From the IMG/VR virus record IMGVR_UViG_3300047494_000112, positions 32,001 to 96,000 of that record: 64,000 bases of DNA, one strand, 5' to 3'. The stretch's first letter is position 1, and each line of letters starts with the position of its first letter. This document shows, one piece after another, positions 27,658 through 36,925 of this stretch. The notes under the pieces were generated by a model. It saw only the letters and a list, made by a program, of their open reading frames with translations, made no database searches and was not told where the DNA came from. The position numbers and the translations under genes were made by a program. Source of the DNA: a virus.

Positions 27658-29367
27658 TTAAAATTTACGTTTAGTTAAAGTGAACTCTCCGCGCACAGGT
27701 TTATTTTGTTTCAATTTCTCTAATATTGTTTTACTACTCCAGTATTTTCCAGCAGGGTTAATTGGTTTGTAGTCTTTTTGTCCAATAATTTGCCAAGCTC
27801 TTTTTAGCTCAGTATCTGACATGCTGTACCTTGGTGTTTCTCCTTTAGGTGCAATTAAATGTGGTCTTATTTCTTTTGTAAAAAGACCTCGAAAGCACCC
27901 TGTTGACTGACCAATTCCATCAATAAAAAGCTTTATTTCTGGATGTTTTTTACCTTTCAGCCACGTTGCAATACGATTAGACATTTGGTACATTAGAGGT
28001 GCGCCAATACCAGCTATAGCTGACATAGGGACCACTAAATAAATCATACTGGGAGCGGAAAGATCTATTCCCTGTTTGATCATAGACCTTATTCCAATTA
28101 AGACTGGAATCTTTCCTTGGTCTGCTCGAAGTAATATGTCTTCTCGATTACAACCGGCATGAAATACCTCTGCAAATTTTTCTTTCAAGCCTTCTTGAAC
28201 CGCCCGTTTGTTGATCAATCTTTGTAATTCAAAAGCATGAGCTTTAAAATCAACAGGGATAATTATGCAGCGATGCCCTTTTGCATAGTCTTTAAAGACT
28301 TGATTGATAATCAAGTCTGTTCTCTTTTCGTTCTTTGCCAAAAATTTCATGGCAAATACCCAAAGCCTATGATTGTATTTTGAGTACACCCCTGTTTCAA
28401 TCAAGGTAATCTTTGGAACAAAGGCTTGAGCATTTGCTCTAGCAACTACTGGACCAATTAACGAGCCAAGTAATATGCTTCGTCCATCTTTTCGGACTGG
28501 CGTAGCTGATAGCCCTAGCCTATATTTACAATCTAATCTTGAAATAAATTTGCTGAAAGCTGGTGCTGCTCCTTGATGAATCTCGTCTGCAACTAATAGA
28601 GAAAATTTTCCTTTTAAATGCTTTTTGATACGTTCAACAGCTGTTTCTTTACGAATAAATTTTTGATAGTTTAGCAACACAATATCGTATTTATCAATGT
28701 TTTTAATGTCTTTTGGGTTTTCAATTAGTCCAATGATTGGCCGTTTTTTCGTTTGAAGATCCGCAATGTTTGTCATTGCTCTACGTTTTTTCTTTTCATC
28801 TCCCATGAAGGTTGCATAAAATTGTCTAAGCAAATCTATCTTGTCAGTTACGATTAAAGTTTTGACATTTAATTCACAAACTATTGCAACGCTACAGACG
28901 GTCTTACCCGACCGTGGCGCTGCTTGAATAATACCTTCTTTGGTTTGAAGCCATTTTGCAACAATGCTCTTTTGATCTACAGTTTGCCTACCGTCTTCAA
29001 TTTGACCTTGATGCAATTTGCCCGTAAATTTTAGTTTGTAAGGCAGCTTGTAAATTGGTCTACGGTCATCAATGTCCTCAAGCTCGATACCTAATACGTC
29101 TTGCAATCGTTCAAGATTGCAAGGGGGCATTGAGATATACTTTTTCTCTCCTATATATTTTTCACGCCACAGCTGAATTTCCGATTTAAATCCTGGGCAC
29201 GTAGAACATTCTACTGCGTGTCTTAGACTTAGCAAAGGACATTTGGCACACATGCTCTCTTGATATAAGCGTACAAGAAAGTGTTTGTGGAGTTTGCTTT
29301 CATCTATTTTTTTGGCTGGAATATGGATTTTTGTATTGATTACAGAGCCTTTTATTACGGCTGTCAA
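27658..29367 (-). CDS. SF2 (UvsW/DEAD-like) helicase
   Basis: APRSGKT, VADEIH, GLSATP, QGIDL; TTG start overlaps the tnpB stop. Confidence 0.85.
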   Translation of the reverse strand: MTAVIKGSVINTKIHIPAKKIDESKLHKHFLVRLYQESMCAKCPLLSLRHAVECSTCPGFKSEIQLWREKYIGEKKYISMPPCNLERLQDVLGIELEDIDDRRPIYKLPYKLKFTGKLHQGQIEDGRQTVDQKSIVAKWLQTKEGIIQAAPRSGKTVCSVAIVCELNVKTLIVTDKIDLLRQFYATFMGDEKKKRRAMTNIADLQTKKRPIIGLIENPKDIKNIDKYDIVLLNYQKFIRKETAVERIKKHLKGKFSLLVADEIHQGAAPAFSKFISRLDCKYRLGLSATPVRKDGRSILLGSLIGPVVARANAQAFVPKITLIETGVYSKYNHRLWVFAMKFLAKNEKRTDLIINQVFKDYAKGHRCIIIPVDFKAHAFELQRLINKRAVQEGLKEKFAEVFHAGCNREDILLRADQGKIPVLIGIRSMIKQGIDLSAPSMIYLVVPMSAIAGIGAPLMYQMSNRIATWLKGKKHPEIKLFIDGIGQSTGCFRGLFTKEIRPHLIAPKGETPRYSMSDTELKRAWQIIGQKDYKPINPAGKYWSSKTILEKLKQNKPVRGEFTLTKRKF

Positions 29368-29480
29368 AGTGAGATTCCTCTCTTGCTGTTTAGACGCTCC
29401 GAAGAACGTAGTTTCACAGCCTTAAATTCCCGACCTCTTGTCGGTACTGAGGGTTTAGCCCAAGTTAGAATGTTACGCGC
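29350..29480 (-). ncRNA. putative TnpB omegaRNA (reRNA) overlapping the tnpB 3' end
   Basis: CCGAC/GTCGG hairpin (29430-29444), C(UUCG)G hairpin (29394-29409), GCTGT/ACAGC possible pseudoknot, short terminal stem; boundaries approximate. Confidence 0.55.
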
Positions 29481-30587
29481 AGCGTTTTTGTCTGCGTGGG
29501 CAGTATTTCCACACCTGCTACAGTGAAAGGTAGTACCTTTCCTATAGTCTTTGCTGGTGCTACCGCACTCACTACAACGCTGACTCGTAAACCTTGGGTC
29601 TACTAAAATGACATTACTACCATATAGCTTGGCTTTCGCTATGGTTTTTGTGATTAGGCTTGAGTGGCCCATTCTTAGCATGTCATGGTTAAGTTTCTTT
29701 TTGTATTCTCCTTTATTTTCAGTCATTCTTTGAATGTTTAAATCTTCAAACTTTATTATCTTAAAGGTCGTAACTAAATGATAGCTCGTTTTTTCTATCC
29801 AATCCTTTCTAACGTTACGTTCTTTTCTATAAAGCTTTGCCACCTTTAATTTCTGTTTGGTTTTATTTTTGCTAGCCTTTTGCTTTCTAGCTAATGCTTT
29901 TTGTTGTTTACGTCTTCTCTTTTCAATTTTAGCTAGTCTTGTTGAAAATTGCTTACCTATGATATCTACATTTCCATTAGATTTGGCAATTGTAATAGGG
30001 CTGTTTACACCTAAATCAATACCACAAGCTTTAGCTGTATGCTCAGTTTCATATCTAAAATCTTCACATTCAACTAGGCATGAAGCATACCATTCTCCGC
30101 AGTCTTTAGAAACGGTTATAGATTTAATTTTCCCCCACTTTAGTCTCTCTAAACCTTTTTCGTTTCTACATTTAACCCAGCCTATGGTCTCCATCCATAG
30201 GTAACCCTCATCGGTATAATCACAAGCCTGTGAAATTTTGAACGACAACTTGCCTATATTTTTAGATTTAAATTTAGGAAATCCAGGGGCTCTACCCGTC
30301 TTTAAATTGGCAAAAAAGTTAGAATAAGCTTGAGTCAAATCTCTCAACGAACAATAGAGTGTATTACCAGGAGTAAGCTTCAACCACTCAAACTTTTTAC
30401 GCTTTTTCATTTTGACTATAGCTTTTGTCATGTCAAAGAACGATAAAGTTTTACCTGTTTTCTTGTAGTGCTTTATACTCTTATCTAAAAAGTAGTTGTA
30501 TACAAACCGCACGTTTCCACAGTTTTGTTCAAACTGTTGTTTTTGTATCTCATTAGGATACAGTTTAAATTTAACACCTATAAACAT
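29364..30587 (-). mobile_element. tnpB: solo IS200/IS605-family TnpB RNA-guided nuclease (no tnpA)
   Basis: KFKLYPN HTH, RuvC GIDLG / FEDL / ADKNAA, Zn ribbon CSEC...CSRC. Confidence 0.9.
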
Positions 30588-30640
30588 TTTTGTTAGTTTT
30601 ATCCTTCGTCAGTGTCATGTAGCATCTTTACTGTTAAGAG

Positions 30641-30943
30641 TTAACTCAAGTCTAAAGGTGTTTCACAAAAAGCTTTCAATTTTTTAGCAGTATCTTTTCC
30701 TAAAGTTTGTTTTATGTATTCTATCCAACACTCATGTATCGTATCATGAAATTCTTGAGTGCTCTTTAAAACTTTATCTAAATTTTTATCTAACAACTCA
30801 TCAGTAATTCCGACGTTAGTAAACAAAGCTGTACCTATTAGTCTATCTCTTAACACCAGATAGTCCTTTAGACTAAGGTTTTGTTGGGTCATATTTTCCT
30901 CAATCAGATTTCCGGCAATACAGTCCACAGTGTTCAGGCCCAC
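30641..30943 (-). CDS. hypothetical protein
   Basis: 100-aa ORF; start probably at MTQQ. Confidence 0.55.
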   Translation of the reverse strand: MGLNTVDCIAGNLIEENMTQQNLSLKDYLVLRDRLIGTALFTNVGITDELLDKNLDKVLKSTQEFHDTIHECWIEYIKQTLGKDTAKKLKAFCETPLDLS

Positions 30944-31001
30944 AATAGATAAAGCAATTTTTATTTTTAAGCTGTTTTGGTGTAATCATTTTACCAGATC
31001 C

Positions 31002-31307
31002 CTAGTGCAAGGTGTCAGAAATTTCATCAGTGTGCCTAACACTGAGGCCAATGATTTGTGAGAGGATTGCCTCTGTCTCTTCTTCACGAATTTTAAGATG
31101 ATCAATTAAAAACCCACTAATTACCTCATAGTCAGTCACTTTTGTAGAATTAAACTCCATTCCCACTATCTTATTTTTGTAGACAGCAAGCGAAATGTCT
31201 TTTACCTTGCTTTTGGTCAATGAAAATTTGGACTTTAATGCAGCAGTGTCATTGAAAAAGATGCCTAATTTGGTAGCTTTGGCGTCGAAGCGGAGAATGT
31301 AGTTCAT
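31002..31307 (-). CDS. hypothetical protein
   Basis: 101-aa ORF coupled to the SbcC-like gene. Confidence 0.6.
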   Translation of the reverse strand: MNYILRFDAKATKLGIFFNDTAALKSKFSLTKSKVKDISLAVYKNKIVGMEFNSTKVTDYEVISGFLIDHLKIREEETEAILSQIIGLSVRHTDEISDTLH

Positions 31308-33652
31308 TGAGCATTGACCTTTATTTTAGCAGTAGTCTTATTATCTTTTCTAGTTAGTAGGACTGTCGAGGCTGTAGGTAACGATACCACTTTTTCATCA
31401 TGAGGCGTTAGGATAATTACGATCGGAACAAATTGTTGAAGTAAGGGGATAAAGTGCTGAAAAAAATAATTTCTATCTATTTCACTCATTCCGGCTTCAA
31501 CTTCATCCAGAGCTATTATATTTGGCTGTAGTTCCTTTGGCATTAGAATACGAAGAACCAAAGCTGACAAAGCAGAAAATTGTCTACTTTCAGAGCCAGA
31601 AAACGAGTTAACGTCTGCAATACCTCCTGATCTCTCAGCCACTATTGAAAAATTACTTTTTTTCAGATTGGAAGAGAATTTAATAGGCTCTGCAAAAATA
31701 CTACTAGCATATTGATTGCAAAGATTAATGTAATTGCTAACTAGTGTCTGAATGTGTTGAATACGAACACCTTTGGGTGAATAAATTTCAACCAGGTCTT
31801 GCATCAATTTATAGTCTTCTGTCTCTTGTTCAATCTGTTGGATTTCAGCTTTTAATCTAGTATAATTGTTAAGATCAATTTTTCCAGTTGAAACAGCTAC
31901 AGATAGTCTTTGTACCGTTTCATTCAACGGCATTATAGATTTAGACAATTCAGAATGAGTCTCTTTTAGTGCTTTATATCTTTCTCGTATTTGCTCACGC
32001 TCTGTTTTGGTATATTGCCGGTCGAGCCTTTGATGGACGGCGAGTTCAGACGTGATAAATTCAGCTTGCTTGGTAAGCTGTGCAAGTTTCTTTTTATTGG
32101 ATAATAGCGCTTCTTTTGAAACAGGCACCGAATTATTTTTGGGTAGATCATTTAACTGACGCTGCACACGCTGTAATTCACCTTTCGTATGCAAATGCTC
32201 TTCAACATGAACAAGTAGTTGTTTGGCGTCAGTGTACTCTGAATGTAATTCTTCAATACTTGATTCCCTAAAACGTTTGTCTAACTGATTAACTCTTTGG
32301 ATCCTGGAATAGTTTTCCAGCACTTCAAGCTGTTGTAGATATTTCGTTTTTTCGGTTTTAGCTTCTGCAATTAGTCTATCAACAGTAGATGAGGATAAAA
32401 TCTGATAACAAGTTGGGCATTTTTGTTTCTTTTGTAGTTGAGTAAACTCAGCAATTGTTGAATTGCTAGAAAACAAATTTGAGCTAATAACACTAATAGC
32501 TTCATTTATCTTCTCTTCTAAATTATGAATTTTTTCATAGGGCTCTAGTAAGGCTTCTGCTTTAGAAATAATACTATTACGATCTAAATGCCTCCAAGCC
32601 AAAATATCTGTTTCATGAATTGGGTATTCTTCTAGCAATAGTAGAGTTTTGTAGGATTGCTCGTATAAATTTTCCTGATCAGCTTCTGTAAAATTTCCGC
32701 TCTTTTTTAAGATACGCTTTAAAGCAGTTTTTTCTCGCTCTAATTTGAATCGTTTAAATTTTGCTTCTTCTGCGGCAATTTGTTTACCCCAAGCAATCTG
32801 CATTTCTTCAAGATCAGTTTCAATTCTGGTAGTCTCAATGCGTATATTCTTTAGTTCTTTTTTCAAAGTTTCAGAAGATTTTTCGCTCTTTAATGAAGAA
32901 AAGAGAGTGACCAAGGAATTGTATTTTTGTAGAGTTGCTCCAATTTTATCTAGTTTATGAACTTTATCTTGTAGTTTGGATGATATAGATTCAAGCTTTA
33001 ATGCCAGTTCTTGCTGCTCTTTAGGAGAAGCTTTAATTTCTTTTTTCTGGCTTACAAGCTTAGGTAATTGCATACGCGCTATTTTTTGTTGATTGGCTAT
33101 TCGTAGCAATTTTTTATTAATCACGTCATAGATACGGAGATTAAAAATTGACTCTATATAGTCATATCTAGCTGAAGAGCTCCCAATTTGAAGCACTGAA
33201 GGTCTAAAGGAATGAATATAGAGAAAAGAGTAGATATGGTCTGAATTTAGCTTTAGTAGCTTTTGAATCGTTTTACGCTGGTCATCAATCTTCATGACCT
33301 TTTGAGCTTTACCGTTGATCTTTATCTGGTAATCTAATTTCTTGTCGTATTTTTGAGTAATGACAAATTTGTTTTTGCCAGATGATCCATATAGAGTTGC
33401 TGAGCCTTTTTGAGGTACAATTTCTTTGGCTGAATTTTTCTTGGTTGAAAATGGAGGTTGAGCGAGCCATAAACCAATTAGAGCGTTGAACAGCATAGAT
33501 TTTCCGGCACGATTTCCGGAATATTTTTTACCTGATTTAATTGCATCTAAATTGATGCCTCGAACAACCCACAAAGGTGCAGAAGAGATGCTCCAAGAAA
33601 ATTCCTGATATAGATGATATCGTTTCAATTCAAATTTATCTAGCTTTATCAA
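31304..33652 (-). CDS. SbcC/Rad50/gp46-like recombination ATPase
   Basis: GNRAGKS, long coiled coil with CPTC hook, FSGSE signature, ALDEVE. Confidence 0.88.
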   Translation of the reverse strand: MIKLDKFELKRYHLYQEFSWSISSAPLWVVRGINLDAIKSGKKYSGNRAGKSMLFNALIGLWLAQPPFSTKKNSAKEIVPQKGSATLYGSSGKNKFVITQKYDKKLDYQIKINGKAQKVMKIDDQRKTIQKLLKLNSDHIYSFLYIHSFRPSVLQIGSSSARYDYIESIFNLRIYDVINKKLLRIANQQKIARMQLPKLVSQKKEIKASPKEQQELALKLESISSKLQDKVHKLDKIGATLQKYNSLVTLFSSLKSEKSSETLKKELKNIRIETTRIETDLEEMQIAWGKQIAAEEAKFKRFKLEREKTALKRILKKSGNFTEADQENLYEQSYKTLLLLEEYPIHETDILAWRHLDRNSIISKAEALLEPYEKIHNLEEKINEAISVISSNLFSSNSTIAEFTQLQKKQKCPTCYQILSSSTVDRLIAEAKTEKTKYLQQLEVLENYSRIQRVNQLDKRFRESSIEELHSEYTDAKQLLVHVEEHLHTKGELQRVQRQLNDLPKNNSVPVSKEALLSNKKKLAQLTKQAEFITSELAVHQRLDRQYTKTEREQIRERYKALKETHSELSKSIMPLNETVQRLSVAVSTGKIDLNNYTRLKAEIQQIEQETEDYKLMQDLVEIYSPKGVRIQHIQTLVSNYINLCNQYASSIFAEPIKFSSNLKKSNFSIVAERSGGIADVNSFSGSESRQFSALSALVLRILMPKELQPNIIALDEVEAGMSEIDRNYFFQHFIPLLQQFVPIVIILTPHDEKVVSLPTASTVLLTRKDNKTTAKIKVNAQ

Positions 33653-33659
33653 CTTGCCC

Positions 33660-33758
33660 TCAATAATTATTGATTTGTAGAATACCTAAACCGTAAAAAA
33701 TTCCGTACACAATTACAAAACCTAACAAGACATAGAAAAGGATTTTAATATTAGTCAT
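33660..33758 (-). CDS. 32-aa single-TM micro-ORF
   Basis: MTNIKILFYVLLGFVIVYGIFYGLGILQINNY fills the gap. Confidence 0.5.
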   Translation of the reverse strand: MTNIKILFYVLLGFVIVYGIFYGLGILQINNY

Positions 33759-34068
33759 CTGTATTTACCCATTTCCAAAAGCTTAGTAAAAAATAAACAA
33801 TTGCAATAAAAGCTTGTATAAAAAGAGGCGAAAATAAAATGATAATACTTATCAAACACGCTGTTTGTGCAGCTTGTGACCCTGGAGTTGTAAAAATAAA
33901 TGTGGCTATTAGAATTAGTCCTAAAGCTATTAGCCAAAAAGAGATAAAACGTTTTGTTACCTTTGACATTTTGACTTCCTTATATGCTATGTAGTCGATT
34001 AATAATTTCATCATGCACCTTCTTTTTGTGCTCATAGTCAGCAGGTAAGCAAGTTTTATGCTTTGCAT
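33751..34068 (-). CDS. membrane protein
   Basis: Two hydrophobic segments; start probably at MSKVTK. Confidence 0.55.
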   Translation of the reverse strand: MQSIKLAYLLTMSTKRRCMMKLLIDYIAYKEVKMSKVTKRFISFWLIALGLILIATFIFTTPGSQAAQTACLISIIILFSPLFIQAFIAIVYFLLSFWKWVNTDD

Positions 34069-34162
34069 TGCCTAGATAAAAGTATAGAGAAGCTAAAGCT
34101 TTTATGCTATACAACGGGCTTTGGTAATGCAGGTATAGAACATGCTTTTTAGCGTTTGTCAT
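33980..34162 (-). CDS. hypothetical protein
   Basis: 60-aa ORF. Confidence 0.45.
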   Translation of the reverse strand: MTNAKKHVLYLHYQSPLYSIKALASLYFYLGNAKHKTCLPADYEHKKKVHDEIINRLHSI

Positions 34163-34167
34163 CAGTA

Positions 34168-34926
34168 TTAACTTTTTTCATCTTGTTCTTCATGTTTTTT
34201 AATCTGAGTATCTGAATAGATACTTAAAGTTTCAAAGAGATCATAAATATCTAGAGTAACTGTTGCTTCTTGCAACAAGTATCTTGAAGTTGCAATATCT
34301 TTGCATCTTGCCAAGGTTACCTTAATATCCAAATCTTTTAGTTCTTTAATTGTAGGAATAAGCTCAGGATCTCTGCTAAGAATTAAAGCTTGTTGGATAT
34401 CAGGATTATCATAAGCTTCTCTCAAAGCTATAATTGTCATGTCTACAGCTACACTTTTATAAACAGATTTGTTAATGTTTGTCTCAGTCGATCTAGGTAA
34501 ATTTTTAACAATCACTTCACAGCCTTCAATGCTGCTAATGTAATGCAAAAATCTGGTAATTGAATCTTGATCCTGATTGGCTGAGAAATAGTGAAGGGTT
34601 TTTGCATAAGGAAAAATTGCTTCTCGAAATTTTCGATAATCAATGTACTTTTTTGCAAAATATACAGCGGCGGAATGAGCAAAGGTGCCATCGACTAAGA
34701 CCATTAAGGTCTTCTTATCTTCCTGAATATGCTCAATTGTATTAAGCCAATTTTTAACCGATAGCTTATTTATTCCAAATTCACCCTCTCGCTGTTCTTT
34801 AAAAACTTCTCTCCTAACAGGCCAGCTTTCTTTTTGAAAAGTCTGAGCTTCAGTATCATGCTTTAGATTTTCTTCGGTAGTATCAATTACTTTTGATTCA
34901 ACTTTTACTTCAATAGTCATTTTCAA
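34168..34926 (-). CDS. NYN (LabA/PIN-like) domain protein with degenerate acidic residues
   Basis: VLVDGTF, KSVAVDM, LILSRDPELIP...IKVTL align with NYN motifs. Confidence 0.7.
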   Translation of the reverse strand: MKMTIEVKVESKVIDTTEENLKHDTEAQTFQKESWPVRREVFKEQREGEFGINKLSVKNWLNTIEHIQEDKKTLMVLVDGTFAHSAAVYFAKKYIDYRKFREAIFPYAKTLHYFSANQDQDSITRFLHYISSIEGCEVIVKNLPRSTETNINKSVYKSVAVDMTIIALREAYDNPDIQQALILSRDPELIPTIKELKDLDIKVTLARCKDIATSRYLLQEATVTLDIYDLFETLSIYSDTQIKKHEEQDEKS

Positions 34927-34932
34927 ACCTCA

Positions 34933-35124
34933 TTATTCAGTATCTTTTTTAGTCCAAGCTTCAAGATCAGCATTTTCAGCACATTCTATTAGGTGCTCTA
35001 CAATGTACCTATTTACTGATATGCCTTTTTGTTTTGCATAAAAAGAAATCCGATCACTTAACACTTTTGGCATACGAAGAGTATATTTTGCCTTTTCTCT
35101 CATTTTCACACCTATATTATTCAA
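34933..35124 (-). CDS. Arc-like ribbon-helix-helix DNA-binding protein
   Basis: YTLRMPKVL...AKQKGISVNRYI. Confidence 0.8.
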   Translation of the reverse strand: MNNIGVKMREKAKYTLRMPKVLSDRISFYAKQKGISVNRYIVEHLIECAENADLEAWTKKDTE

Positions 35125-35345
35125 TTGTATTCGTCATCAAAATTGCAAGAGAAAACCTCTTGTTTACCGCACTTAGAGCACTCACAAATATCTTGGTCAT
35201 CGTACGTATGACAACAGTCTACTACCCGCCAATTGTGATTGTGTGGCCCAATATCAATTTCTTTATCGTACATTGTATATTTGTTTTTAACTCTAGCTTC
35301 AGCAGCCATCATAATTTCTCTCATCAAAAGACTCTTCATCTGCAT
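35121..35345 (-). CDS. small Cys-rich protein
   Basis: H.HNW...CECSKCG. Confidence 0.55.
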   Translation of the reverse strand: MQMKSLLMREIMMAAEARVKNKYTMYDKEIDIGPHNHNWRVVDCCHTYDDQDICECSKCGKQEVFSCNFDDEYN

Positions 35346-35589
35346 TTGGATTTTTTGACCAAATGCCTAAACCTGAATTATCTCGAACAACTAGATCGTT
35401 ATCTCGGATATGATCACCTGTATTAAAGACGCTGATGCAATAGTGTGGATTACATAGGTGATTGCGAATGTCAAAAACAGCCTCAATTTCTCCTTCCATT
35501 GCTTTGAAATCTTTGCCGTATTCTTGATGAATAATCCAAACTCTATCACCTACATGCCATCGTTGTTTTTTAATAGGCCAAGCTATCAT
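35299..35589 (-). CDS. hypothetical protein (KOW/SH3-like start)
   Basis: VGDRVWII...GEIEAV. Confidence 0.5.
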   Translation of the reverse strand: MIAWPIKKQRWHVGDRVWIIHQEYGKDFKAMEGEIEAVFDIRNHLCNPHYCISVFNTGDHIRDNDLVVRDNSGLGIWSKNPNADEESFDERNYDGC

Positions 35590-35684
35590 TTCTTCCGTCT
35601 CTTTCTATACCAGTTGTACATTGATCTAATTTCAGTACCTAGACAAAAACAAAAAGCAATTATCAGCACGTCTTCAAAGGTCAC
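35586..35684 (-). CDS. 32-aa TM micro-ORF with basic tail
   Basis: GTG start; MTFEDVLIIAFCFCLGTEIRSMYNWYRKRRKK; TGA overlaps the next ATG. Confidence 0.45.
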   Translation of the reverse strand: MTFEDVLIIAFCFCLGTEIRSMYNWYRKRRKK

Positions 35685-35726
35685 TACACTAACCTGCGTC
35701 AAACATTGCGTTACCGTTTGCCATAT

Positions 35727-36785
35727 TTACTTTTCTTCTCCTGTTAATGCTAGTAGTTTTGCCATTATCAAATCTTGTTCTGGAACCAAAAACGTTGCTA
35801 GTTCTTTTTTTATTCCAACCAATACCTCATGCACCTTTACAATCTTTTTCAAAGGTATTTTATCAACACTTACAGCATCCAACAATTTTTTTCTAGCTTC
35901 ATTTTGCCAGCCATCAATTTCAACTTTTGTGTCTAATAAAAAACCGTTATGAAATAACAGATACATGCCAACAGAAATATATTCATTCGCCTTCAATTTC
36001 CGTACTGAGGTAATTATTCCTTTTGGTCTATTGCTATAGACACAAGCAAGCATTTTAGCTGCAAGCATATCTATGCCAGCGCCATAAGATTCTAAAGCTT
36101 GTGCCAAGGCAAGCTTCAAGTTTTTACCACAACCATGATATGCCATAATAGTGCTCTGCAAAAGCCCAATTGCTGATCTAGGCTCAGCATAAGCATTTCG
36201 CGCTATTGAAAGCAAAGTTTTATCGTTTATAAAATCAACTTTTTCTTTTTTGCAAATGTGTCTTAATCTAGGCACCAAATCTTCCGGTTCTAAACCTCTA
36301 AGAGTTAAATGAAGAGAACGCCCTACAATTGTTTTTAGTAATTTTTCAGGTTCATTTGTCACTAATATCCAAACTGTATTTCGCAGCGGTTTTTCCAAAG
36401 GCTTTAGTAAAGCTGAAGCCGCTGCTGTAGACAACCGCTGTACTTCATCTAAAATAATGACACGAAAATTTGCTTTTGGCTTAAATTGAGCCAATCGAAT
36501 TAATTTTTCAATGTCCTCTTTGTTACCCTCTGCACCGATATTATGATCTAATATATCAGTTGTTGCTGTACCATAAGGTAACTCGTTAATTAGATAGGAT
36601 ATTAGATACGCTAATGTGGATTTCCCTAAACCGGTTTGACCTGAGATTAATATTGTGCTAGGTACTTGCTTGCTTTTTAAAAAACCTTTGATAATTGATA
36701 CAACATTTGGTTGCCCTACAACATCTTCTAAGGTTTGTGGCCTATATTTTTCAGCTAATTGAATTGCGGATCCAAAATCATTCAT
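35727..36785 (-). CDS. clamp loader AAA+ subunit, DnaX (Pol III gamma/tau)-like
   Basis: EKYRPQTLEDVVGQ, GQTGLGKS, ILDEVQRL, LLKPLE. Confidence 0.88.
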   Translation of the reverse strand: MNDFGSAIQLAEKYRPQTLEDVVGQPNVVSIIKGFLKSKQVPSTILISGQTGLGKSTLAYLISYLINELPYGTATTDILDHNIGAEGNKEDIEKLIRLAQFKPKANFRVIILDEVQRLSTAAASALLKPLEKPLRNTVWILVTNEPEKLLKTIVGRSLHLTLRGLEPEDLVPRLRHICKKEKVDFINDKTLLSIARNAYAEPRSAIGLLQSTIMAYHGCGKNLKLALAQALESYGAGIDMLAAKMLACVYSNRPKGIITSVRKLKANEYISVGMYLLFHNGFLLDTKVEIDGWQNEARKKLLDAVSVDKIPLKKIVKVHEVLVGIKKELATFLVPEQDLIMAKLLALTGEEK

Positions 36786-36878
36786 TGGTTTTACTACTCT
36801 TTCAAAATTCTGACAACTCTTTAGCTTGACATTGAATAGTTAGCATTTAGGTTAAAATCTGACTTGCCAAAAATAGCC

Positions 36879-36914
36879 ATCTATAGAGTTGGTAATTTTA
36901 CCAACTCTATAGAT
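36879..36914. terminator. perfect 17-bp inverted repeat, probable (bidirectional) terminator
   Basis: ATCTATAGAGTTGGTAA-TT-TTACCAACTCTATAGAT just after the GH gene, T-rich on both sides. Confidence 0.6.
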
Positions 36915-36925
36915 TTTAATCTTTG

